A model generated the notes under the pieces. That model saw only the letters and a list, made by a program, of their open reading frames with translations, searched no databases and was not told the origin of the DNA. Positions 29,946-38,070 of a DNA stretch of 64,000 nucleotides are shown here, piece by piece. Position 1 is the first letter of the stretch; each line of letters starts with the position of its first letter. This DNA is from Opitutales bacterium. Lineage in GTDB: Bacteria; Verrucomicrobiota; Verrucomicrobiia; Opitutales; PNEW01. The stretch spans positions 1,568,001-1,632,000 of the forward strand of contig CBDANS010000007.1 in the NCBI GenBank assembly GCA_965197745.1, in the 5' to 3' direction. The position numbers and the translations under genes were made by a program.

Positions 29946-31511
29946 TTGGGAATAATAGATACAGCGGTCATCGTTATTTATTTAGGCGTCCTTGTAACTA
30001 TGGGTGTGTATTTTTCACGCCGCCAAAAGACGACGGAAGACTACTTTCTAGCGGGTCGCCACTTACCGGGATGGGTGGTCGGTTTTTCGATAATGGGTAC
30101 AATTATCGGGAGCGTAACCTTCATAGGCCATCCCGGAGAGGTATTTAAAACCAACATGTGGTCATTGCCCTCGCATTTAGCTTACCCGTTTGTCATGGTT
30201 TTTGTGTCTATTTATATAGTCTCCTTTTATCGCCGGACGATTCGCATGACTGCCAATCAGTACTTGGAGATGCGATTTGGCTACCCCGTGCGGGCCTATG
30301 GCGCGGGAGTATTTCTTGTGGGGCACATTTTACATTTAAGTGTGACTTTCTATTTTCTGGCGGTCGCCGTTGCTTACATGAGCGGATGGGATGTGTGGTG
30401 GGTAATCCTTTTCGTAGGCCTGGCGACAGTCATTTACACAGTGGTCGGTGGTATTGAGGCAGTCGCCTGGTCTGATGTAATACAAGGCAACTTACTTTTA
30501 ATCGGCGGTCTGACTTGTCTGGGTGTTGTTCTTTTCTCATCCGATGCTGGTCCCACCGCAATTGTCGCAAAGGCCTGGGACGGGGGAAAGTTTTCATTGG
30601 GCAATTGGGATTTCAGCTGGTATGAAAAAAATCAGTGGTTTTTCGTCGTTGGTGGAATATTGGGCGCAATCGGTGGTTTAGCCTGTGACCAGTCCAATGT
30701 ACAGCGCTATCTCCTGGCAAAGACCGACAAAGAAGCAGCTCGAGCAGCTTATATGGGAGCAGCTGTGTGTGTTCCCATCTGGATTCTTTTTATGGTAATA
30801 GGCGCTTTAACGTGGGCATTTTATGAATTATCAACGGACCCACTTCCAGACGAGGTGCTTCAACAAAAGGACTTTATCATACCTTACTTTATTAAGACCC
30901 AATTACCTGCAGGATTGGTTGGTCTTATTTTAGCGGCGTTATTGGCAGCAGCCATGTCATCGATCGATTCAAATTTAAATGCAATTGCGCTGGTAATCGT
31001 CAATGATCTTTATGTGCGACTGTGTCCCAAATCCAAAGACAGACAACGCCTGCTCCTGGGGAAAACTGTGGTTGTGTTTTTTGGCGTGTCTTCGATCTTC
31101 ATGGCACAACAATGGATCGGGATTAAATCAGTCATTGAATTATCCATTATCGTGGGAGCGATGATACCGGGTGGTATTCTCGGTGTGTTTATGCTCGGGT
31201 TTTTATTTCGATGGGTGACGACAAGGGGTGCCTATATTGGCGTTGCAGTTAGTATTATCTTTAATTCGTGGGCAGCGTTTACGCGAATTACTCTCCCGGG
31301 TATGGAATCACCCTTGCTTGATTTCGGGCGTTTTAATTACACCTTGAGTCCATTCGTGATTGGAATCTTCAGCCATTTTGTTCTCATGGGCGCAGGGATG
31401 CTGGCAAGTGTAATTGCAGGGGGGCCCCGAAAGGATACGAAGAATCTTACTTTTTGGGATGTCCTCGATAGACGCAGGGAGGAGAAAGAATTAGTGAACA
31501 GTGAACAGTGA
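29946..31511 (+). CDS. Sodium:solute symporter (tandem paralog); original start probably ATG 29929, one base out of frame
   Basis: DYFLAGR, YLEMRFG, GGIEAVAWSD, DQSNVQRYL, AAAMSSIDS; EAEQPLG upstream aligns to the paralog's EKEQTLG. Confidence 0.9.
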   Translation: MGIIDTAVIVIYLGVLVTMGVYFSRRQKTTEDYFLAGRHLPGWVVGFSIMGTIIGSVTFIGHPGEVFKTNMWSLPSHLAYPFVMVFVSIYIVSFYRRTIRMTANQYLEMRFGYPVRAYGAGVFLVGHILHLSVTFYFLAVAVAYMSGWDVWWVILFVGLATVIYTVVGGIEAVAWSDVIQGNLLLIGGLTCLGVVLFSSDAGPTAIVAKAWDGGKFSLGNWDFSWYEKNQWFFVVGGILGAIGGLACDQSNVQRYLLAKTDKEAARAAYMGAAVCVPIWILFMVIGALTWAFYELSTDPLPDEVLQQKDFIIPYFIKTQLPAGLVGLILAALLAAAMSSIDSNLNAIALVIVNDLYVRLCPKSKDRQRLLLGKTVVVFFGVSSIFMAQQWIGIKSVIELSIIVGAMIPGGILGVFMLGFLFRWVTTRGAYIGVAVSIIFNSWAAFTRITLPGMESPLLDFGRFNYTLSPFVIGIFSHFVLMGAGMLASVIAGGPRKDTKNLTFWDVLDRRREEKELVNSEQ

Positions 31512-31678
31512 ACAGTGAATAAGCGCCAGAGCGCGTCAAAAAGTCAAAAAGTAATTCCGCCATTCTCAAATTTTATCAATGGGAACTCGACTTACTTACT
31601 CTCATACCGACACCCATTAATTATTACCTAACACTACATCCGCGTTTTATTCATTTTGACCTTTTGACTTTTTGACCC
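31494..31678. repeat. Composite repeat block
   Basis: GTGAACA x3 plus GTGAATA, GCGCCAGAGCGC linker, GTCAAAAA x2, closing TTTTGACC/TTTTGACT x3. Confidence 0.82.
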
Positions 31679-31696
31679 TAAAATAGGGTAAGAGAA

Positions 31697-32626
31697 GTGA
31701 AATCAAAACAATCGAAAATCGTCGATCGTACCGAGTCCAGCGGCCGCGGGACGACATCCTCCAAATCGGCATTCGAAATGACTGAAGAGCAGAAGTTCTT
31801 TTATGACCTTCGTGGGTGGATCCTTATACCGAACGTGTTATCGTCGGCTGAGATTGATGAGATGAAGGCTGAGGCGTATGCGTGTGATGGATCCCGACCA
31901 TTAAGGAATTCGCGGGGGTATGTAGGTTCACTGCAGAAGTTGTTAGACCATCCGGCTGTCGTGGGTATTCTGACCGAAATATTAGCGGAACCCCCTTATC
32001 TCTCTGACGATTTCTACAGTTTCCGTTGTGAGAATTCTTTTATCAGTATTCGCCATTGTGCAGGGACGATCAGCAAGGAACAAGATTCTGAAAATCATCA
32101 CGTAACAAATGATTTGCCCCATGTTGTGCGCCCTCCCCAGCAGGCCAACGCGATGCGCTACCAGGTAAAAGGAAATAAAATATTTTCTGGTCTTACTCGC
32201 GTGGTCTGGGAGCTTGAAGAGGTGAAAGCGGGACAAGGGGGAACCTCTTTTCTCAGCGGATCTCACAAAGCAAATTTCAACTATGGAGGACCTGATCCCT
32301 ATCGACCGAATATCAGTGAGTCGCCGTGGGAAGAAAGCATGCGTGAGACTATGAAGGGTTATAGCTGTCCGGCCGGATCGGTTGTTATATTTACTGAAAG
32401 TCTAATCCATGCAGCCAATGAATGGACCAATCCTGATAATCCCAGGTGCGCGGTATTCAATTGTTACAACTCCCTTTGGGCTCAATGGTATCTATTGAAT
32501 CTGGATCATAAGATTATTGAAAAGATGCCGGTAAAGCGACGCTCCCTCTTTCGCGGGACTTGGAAATTGGGTGAATTAAATGGTAGCGGCAACTTCCATT
32601 ATTCGGCAGACAACAGAAGTCTGTAA
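31697..32626 (+). CDS. PhyH-like dioxygenase lacking the canonical HxD carboxylate (alternative start ATG 31778)
   Basis: FFYDLRGW, LLDHP, PHVV, WELEEV..GQGGTSFLSGSH, FTESLIHA, PRCA. Confidence 0.85.
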   Translation: MKSKQSKIVDRTESSGRGTTSSKSAFEMTEEQKFFYDLRGWILIPNVLSSAEIDEMKAEAYACDGSRPLRNSRGYVGSLQKLLDHPAVVGILTEILAEPPYLSDDFYSFRCENSFISIRHCAGTISKEQDSENHHVTNDLPHVVRPPQQANAMRYQVKGNKIFSGLTRVVWELEEVKAGQGGTSFLSGSHKANFNYGGPDPYRPNISESPWEESMRETMKGYSCPAGSVVIFTESLIHAANEWTNPDNPRCAVFNCYNSLWAQWYLLNLDHKIIEKMPVKRRSLFRGTWKLGELNGSGNFHYSADNRSL

Positions 32627-32718
32627 TTGCAGACTTCAATGCTTATTCATTCTGTATTTATCTAGACATGGATTTACACAATTAAACTCGATGGACAATG
32701 AAAACGGACCAGTGAGGG

Positions 32719-33599
32719 ATGACTAACATAGCGATGAATATCGTCGAGCCGTTCGATGATTGCAGCGATGTCTTACAGGATCGGGATCGGCTCCTTTCGC
32801 GCGCCACTGACAGTGGTACCTCTACTTTCCACGTCTCCTCCCGGCCGACGAGATAATGCGGCTGCGCCACGAGCTTCTGCAGATCCACGAGCGGCACGGC
32901 TTGATCAAAGAGTGTACCGATCTGAATGCAGCCATTCACAAGGAGGGAGTCTACGTCGACGTTGAATATGAGAAGAAACCCACACCTGAGGTCAGAACAT
33001 TTTACAACGAGGTTCTCGGTTTGCGCAGCTTCAATGCGTTCTTCCATCATCCGTCCGTTTTAAACGTGCTCCAAGTCCTGCTCGGTGAAGAGATTTTGGT
33101 TCACCCGCGCGTTATCTGTCATATCGTTTTTCCACGGCGCTTCGAGCACACGGTCGAACCCCATCAGGACTTTGCCCCCGTCCGCGGGACACAGAATACC
33201 TGGACGGTCTGGATTCCTCTCGGTGACTGCGATGCCAACCTCGGAGGTGTAGCCATCGCCCGTGGCTCGAACCAACTCGGTTTTCTCGACGCGGGCAAAC
33301 TCGCTACCGGCGAGGCGTTGGACGATAAAACGGTGTGGAACTGGAATCCCTTTACCTGCGGCGACGTGCTGATGTTTCACAGCCTGGCTGTCCACCAGGG
33401 ACGCGACAACATAACCGATGATACCATTCGGCTTGCGACCAGCGCCCGCTATCAACCGGTTACTGAACCCGTGGACGAACTCGCCCTCGAGCCGCAGAGA
33501 CGGTGGGCGGAGTGGGACGAACTCTACGCCGACTGGGACCCTGACGATCCGCTCAAGTACTACTGGCAGTCGCTGCCTCTCGATGTGAGAACCTATTGA
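32719..33599 (+). pseudogene. PhyH family dioxygenase, 1-bp frameshift near 32815
   Basis: Upstream frame ...RATDSG joins YLYFPRLLP of ORF 32856..33599; PHQD, WIPLGD, FHSLAVH, IRL. Confidence 0.85.
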
Positions 33600-33739
33600 G
33601 AGTATTCCTCTCCCTCGCGGTATTCTGTTCGCGAAATCAAAAAACGAACGGCGCCTGTAATATTACAGATATTTTATTCATCATAAATGAAGAAATACCC
33701 ATACCACGCTTTGAATAAAGAACACGAGTTAAGGAATTG

Positions 33740-33812
33740 TGTATTTATCAGTTGTCCAGTTTGACAACATTATCTTACTTCTTGAATATGCAGAAATTTA
33801 AAATCACGTGTT
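33740..33812 (+). repeat. 73-bp attI-like repeat, copy 1 (most diverged)
   Basis: Ungapped alignment to copies 2-4; similarity ends at GTT 33810-33812. Confidence 0.75.
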
Positions 33813-33900
33813 CCGTTGTGAATCCATGCATTGACGCCATGTTGCATATCGAGATGTTCGCGACTTGAGCGCACGGGCATCCACAGTGAGTATTTCGAAA

Positions 33901-34662
33901 ATGTTACAGATTGATCTTACCAACAAGGTGGCGGTTGTCACCGGCGGCAGCGGCGAGCTGGGCCGGGTCATGGCCAGGACACTAGCGGGCTGTGGCGCGG
34001 CAGTGGCGGTGCAGTACCTGCGCGGCCGGGATCGGGCCGAGGCCGTGTGCCGGGACATCGTTAACACCGGCGGTACGGCAATGACGGTGCAGGCTGAAGT
34101 GAGCGATCTTGACTCGGTCCATGCCATGCACGGCGCGGTGGCCGAGGAGCTCGGTCACACCGACATCATCGTGAACAATGCCGTGCATCAGTACGACTGG
34201 ACCTCGGTGCTCGAACAAGCGGCGATGGATTACGAAAGCCAGTTCCGCACCTGTGTCCTGCACAATGTATTCATGGCGAAGGCCTTCGTTCCGCACATGA
34301 TCGAGCGTCAGTGGGGGCGGGTCATCGGGATCAATACCGAGTGCACCATGCGGTGCACGCCCAGTCAGTCGGCCTACATCTCAGGCAAGGCTGGACAGGA
34401 TCGTGTCTTGCGGGTACTGGCCAAGGAAGTGGGGCAGCACGGTATCACAGTCAACCAGGTGGCGCCGGGCTGGACCATCAGCGACAAGTATCGCGAAACG
34501 CCGGCGGAGGACAAAGGGTACCGGGACCTCGTACCCATGGGGCGTCGCGGTGAGGACCAGGAGATCGCCAACGCCGTTGCCTTCCTGGCCTCCGATCTCG
34601 CCGCCTTTATCACCGGGCTGTACCTGCCTGTCTGCGGCGGCAACGTCATGCCCGGGATCTAA
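33901..34662 (+). CDS. SDR family oxidoreductase (FabG-like)
   Basis: TGGSGELG, VNNA, YISGK, NQVAPG; visibly GC-rich. Confidence 0.92.
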   Translation: MLQIDLTNKVAVVTGGSGELGRVMARTLAGCGAAVAVQYLRGRDRAEAVCRDIVNTGGTAMTVQAEVSDLDSVHAMHGAVAEELGHTDIIVNNAVHQYDWTSVLEQAAMDYESQFRTCVLHNVFMAKAFVPHMIERQWGRVIGINTECTMRCTPSQSAYISGKAGQDRVLRVLAKEVGQHGITVNQVAPGWTISDKYRETPAEDKGYRDLVPMGRRGEDQEIANAVAFLASDLAAFITGLYLPVCGGNVMPGI

Positions 34663-34675
34663 GAGGTATTTATCG

Positions 34676-35469
34676 ATGCAACAGCTGAACCAGGAACAAC
34701 TCGATCATTTTGAAGGTGAAGGCTATATCATCCTTCCCGGTTTCTTCGGTGAAGCTGAAGTGCAGGAGCTCCTCGAGACGATGAGAAGAATCCTGCCAAC
34801 AATCAAACGTGGGACGCCGGCGACAGGCCATGATCCCCGGACTCAAGAACCGGGTGATGACTTGAATCCGCTGAGAGTCAGTTATATCAACGACCTGTTC
34901 GAGTATGACCAGAGGCTTGACGACCATATGAGGAGTGAGCGTCTAGTTAGTGTTCTGATGGATCTTTTCGGTCCGGATATTACAGCCTTCCAATCCGCCA
35001 CAGTGATTAAAACCCCTCATCTCAATTTTGACTACCATGGCTGGCATCAGGATATGTATGATTATCAGCCACTATCAAATTTCAATAATGCAAATGCAAT
35101 GACTTATCTAGGGGATATGGGACCGGGCACCGGCAGTACTTCACTTGTCCCCGGAAGCCACCTTGTCGGAATCCTTCAGCCGGTGTGGGAGGATGTTGAG
35201 GGCTGGCCCAAAAAACAGAGACGGCTTGAAGGTTTCGAAAATACGAGGCGGATGTTGTTACGCCTCACTTCAGATCCGGTGACGTTCTTGTTTTTGATTC
35301 CAGACTGATGCATCGGGCTAACTCAAATGCTGACGACGCAACAAAAATCGGACTGGTAAACGTATTTCAATCTGCGGATTGTATTGACATAGATGGAAAG
35401 AACGATTTCCACGTCGCGAATCTACCGATTGCCAGTCAAGGTAAAGTCCCACAAGCGAAGAGAGCATGA
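34676..35469 (+). pseudogene. PhyH family dioxygenase, frameshifted in A tract near 35238
   Basis: FEGEGYIIL, WHQD, LVPGSH; shifted frame restores SGDVLVFDSRLMHRANSN and ends at TGA 35467-35469. Confidence 0.87.
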
Positions 35470-35621
35470 AGATGGTGGCAGAGAGGCACCCAGTTAGATA
35501 GTTACCGAACAGTTTCGCGACGACGTCAAGGATGTGGAACGGGGTCAGGCATTGGAATCGGTTGGGTTACATCGAGAGCGAAACCTTTTCCCTCGATCCC
35601 TTGACCCCTTTATTAATCTTC

Positions 35622-35696
35622 TACGCCGACTGGGCTCCAGATGATCCGCTCAAGTACTACTGGCAATCGCTACCCCTGGATGTGCAAACGTATTGA
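35622..35696 (+). pseudogene. 3'-terminal remnant of a paralog of the 32719..33599 PhyH gene
   Basis: YADWAPDDPLKYYWQSLPLDVQTY* versus YADWDPDDPLKYYWQSLPLDVRTY* at 33525-33599. Confidence 0.88.
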
Positions 35697-35770
35697 AAGT
35701 TTTATTCGCGAACGCTCCCTTTTAGCTTCCCCCGGAATTACCAAAGATGTCATGCTAAGTGGAGAAAGCG

Positions 35771-36952
35771 ATGAAGCGCCCACACTACAATAAAGATCTG
35801 GATGTTCGCATAGTGGGAGTGGAAGATTTACCGCAAGCCCGTCAAGTGGCCGGACGCGCTTATGGTATGCACTGCGAAGATTGGTACAGGATGGAGACAA
35901 TCCTGGGTGGATTCGATAAGACCGGGACACTGGTTTGTGTCCTGAATTTTCAACCCGAATCGCTGTGGTGGGGTCACGCACAGATTCCTGCCAGGGCCAT
36001 CGAGTGTGTGGCTACCGATCCCAAGCATCAGGGGCGCGGACACACCGGAGGGCTCATGGTGCAGGCTATTCACATTCTACGAGAGCGGGGATGCTATATC
36101 TGTCCACTATGGCCTTCTTCCTTCAGGTGGTACGGTAAATTTGGTTGGGTCAGCCCCGCACCTGTCTTAGGGTTGAAAGTATGGCCAGATCTGATGCGTC
36201 AGACCAACCCAACTCCGGAGACAATACGCCAGGCAACATCCGATGATGTGATGGCCGTTATCCGGTTGTACACGGAAGGGGCACAGTTGCGAAACGGACA
36301 ATCCGTGCGTTCGGAGAGCTTTTGGCTAAAGGAGGAGATATTGCATCAGCTTTGGGTGCTGGAGGGTGAGAGCAGCGGCTTGGACTGTTGCGCCATAGTC
36401 AAACTAGAGGATATACGGCAAGCCCAGGGGAAAAGAGTCACCGTGCGAGAATTGCACGGAGCCACCTTTGCTTCCCAACTGCGCTTGGTCCTGTCCCTGG
36501 CTGAGCTGGACCGAGTCGTCGCCCTGAATCTCGAGCTGCCGGCTGGCAGTCTGTTTCTTCACGCCTTTCCCGAACGTTTTGACATTGCCGTCAACCATGC
36601 CATGGCACTGAGGGTGCTGCATGTGGAACGGGCCTTGGAGCATCTCAAGCCACCCGATGATTTGCGGGTACAGGTTTCCTTCGAGGTGACCGATTGGGTG
36701 ATCGATGCCGACAAGCCGTTGGCAGTGACGGCCCAGGTGGAAGAAGGAGATGTGGAGGTGGTCGATAAGGCGGGTAAGGATGCGCTACGTTGCGATATCT
36801 ATACCTTCACACAATTATTTGCAGGTGGCTTGACGGCGGCTGAGGCCCGGGGGTTGAGCCGCCTGGAGGGCGGCAATCCAGCGGTGGATGCAGCCTGTGA
36901 TGCCTTGCTGACTGGGCGCGTGCCGTATCGCTCATGGGTCGAAGCCGGTTAG
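35771..36952 (+). CDS. Eis-like GNAT acetyltransferase with C-terminal SCP2-like domain
   Basis: IECVATDPKHQGRG, LWPSSFRWYGKFGW, MALRVLHVERALE, FTQLFAG; about 390 aa. Confidence 0.85.
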   Translation: MKRPHYNKDLDVRIVGVEDLPQARQVAGRAYGMHCEDWYRMETILGGFDKTGTLVCVLNFQPESLWWGHAQIPARAIECVATDPKHQGRGHTGGLMVQAIHILRERGCYICPLWPSSFRWYGKFGWVSPAPVLGLKVWPDLMRQTNPTPETIRQATSDDVMAVIRLYTEGAQLRNGQSVRSESFWLKEEILHQLWVLEGESSGLDCCAIVKLEDIRQAQGKRVTVRELHGATFASQLRLVLSLAELDRVVALNLELPAGSLFLHAFPERFDIAVNHAMALRVLHVERALEHLKPPDDLRVQVSFEVTDWVIDADKPLAVTAQVEEGDVEVVDKAGKDALRCDIYTFTQLFAGGLTAAEARGLSRLEGGNPAVDAACDALLTGRVPYRSWVEAG

Positions 36953-37085
36953 AGCAAACATGTATATGACCGGATTGGGATTCACAATCGATAAAATCGG
37001 ATCGTAATCTCACGTAACTAATAGCACGACACAACTAACCAGTTGTTGCAATTGACTGACATCTTTTTATTCCTGCAGAAAATTT

Positions 37086-37158
37086 TGTATTCGCCAGTTG
37101 CCAATCTTGACAACATTATCCCCACACACGAATTTACTGAACTTTAGAATCAATTGTT
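37086..37158 (+). repeat. 73-bp attI-like repeat, copy 2
   Basis: Ends at core site GTTGTAA (37156-37162). Confidence 0.85.
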
Positions 37159-37284
37159 GTAAGTAAAACAATCCAAATCGAAATCGGAATCGATCCCGAA
37201 AGCGATTTCGATCCCGATGAAAGAAAATCACAACCAGACGGTGAAGGCAACGACTAACGGCGTGCTTCACTTTTAGCATTAATA
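37157..37284 (+). mobile_element. ORF-less integron-type cassette with degenerate attC (37228-37284)
   Basis: GTTGTAA...TCACAAC near-complementary core sites; GTGAAG[G]CA[A]CG pairs with CGTGCTTCAC leaving two unpaired bases; distal GTT reads ATT; body is AATCGR/GATTTC hexamer repeats. Confidence 0.65.
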
Positions 37285-37313
37285 GGTAAATTACTTAAAA
37301 GGGAGTCAGGCGG

Positions 37314-37386
37314 TGTATTTATTAGTTACCAACCTTGACAACATTGTCCCCATTCGCGAATTTACAGAACTTTAGAAACACTTGTT
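37314..37386 (+). repeat. 73-bp attI-like repeat, copy 3
   Basis: Ends at core site GTTAGGA (37384-37390). Confidence 0.88.
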
Positions 37387-37856
37387 AGGAGGCGCTATGG
37401 AGTTTCTGGCACTCTATTATGTGGTCGCCGATGCCATACTTATTACGCATGTACTGTTCGTAGTCTTTGTTGTGCTCGGCTTGATTCTTATCTTCGTAGG
37501 TAAGTTTCTATCATGGCATTGGGTCAGAAATCCGTGGTTCCGTGTCACACATTTATTAGGAATTGGCGTTGTCGTTTTGCAATCCTGGTTCGGTGTCATT
37601 TGCCCGCTGACGATCTGGGAAATGGATCTACGATCGAAAGCGGGGGAAACTGTCTACGAGGGTTACTTCATAACGCACTGGTTAAACGAACTCTTGTACT
37701 ATCAAGCCCCATCGTGGGTTTTTGTGGTTTGTTACACAGTCTTTGGTGGGCTGGCGTTGTCTAGCTGGTTTTTGGTGCGACCGCGTGTATTTTCGGCAGG
37801 GTTTCAGAGTGGTGCCTCCTAACAAGTCAATCAACTTCGCGCATTCGGTGTTAAAT
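37385..37856 (+). mobile_element. Integron gene cassette with truncated attC
   Basis: GTTAGGA 13 bp before ATG and perfectly complementary TCCTAAC (37817-37823) overlapping the stop, followed by AAGTCAATCAAC attC-type left arm and GTTAAAT at 37850. Confidence 0.75.
37397..37822 (+). CDS. DUF2784 family membrane protein
   Basis: ADAIL..H.LFV.FVV.G, FR..HL, CPLTIWE..LR, FI.HWL..LLY. Confidence 0.88.
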   Translation: MEFLALYYVVADAILITHVLFVVFVVLGLILIFVGKFLSWHWVRNPWFRVTHLLGIGVVVLQSWFGVICPLTIWEMDLRSKAGETVYEGYFITHWLNELLYYQAPSWVFVVCYTVFGGLALSSWFLVRPRVFSAGFQSGAS

Positions 37857-37886
37857 TACAGAAGGGGTCAGGCTTGGCTAGAAAAC

Positions 37887-37959
37887 TGTATTTATAAATT
37901 ACCAACCTTGACAACATTATCCCCATTCTCGAATTTACAGAACTTTAAAATCACTTGTT
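37887..37959 (+). repeat. 73-bp attI-like repeat, copy 4
   Basis: 67/73 identical to copy 3 by hand count; ends at GTTGTAT (37957-37963). Confidence 0.88.
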
Positions 37960-38070
37960 GTATGCCCTATCCCAGACAGTTCGCAGGTCCGCTCGAAGCA
38001 ATGCTAGCTACACACGACGTGGCGTTTTTCTCGCAAACGGTGTTGAAGAGGGGAAAGGAGAAAAAAGTAA

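Noticed and set aside
34403..34675. N-terminal extension of ORF 34403..35308
   Set aside because: Overlaps the SDR in another frame; the PhyH domain starts at ATG 34676 after a GAGG RBS
33525..35696. Template/variable repeat pair of a diversity-generating retroelement
   Set aside because: Differences are mostly synonymous and not adenine-specific; no reverse transcriptase in the window
33740..37959. 73-bp repeats as a CRISPR array
   Set aside because: Too long, spacing irregular (155 bp to 3.3 kb), spacers contain genes, no cas genes
37086..37959. 73-bp repeats as attC sites themselves
   Set aside because: No internal palindrome or RYYYAAC left end; separate attC-like sequences lie at the cassette ends
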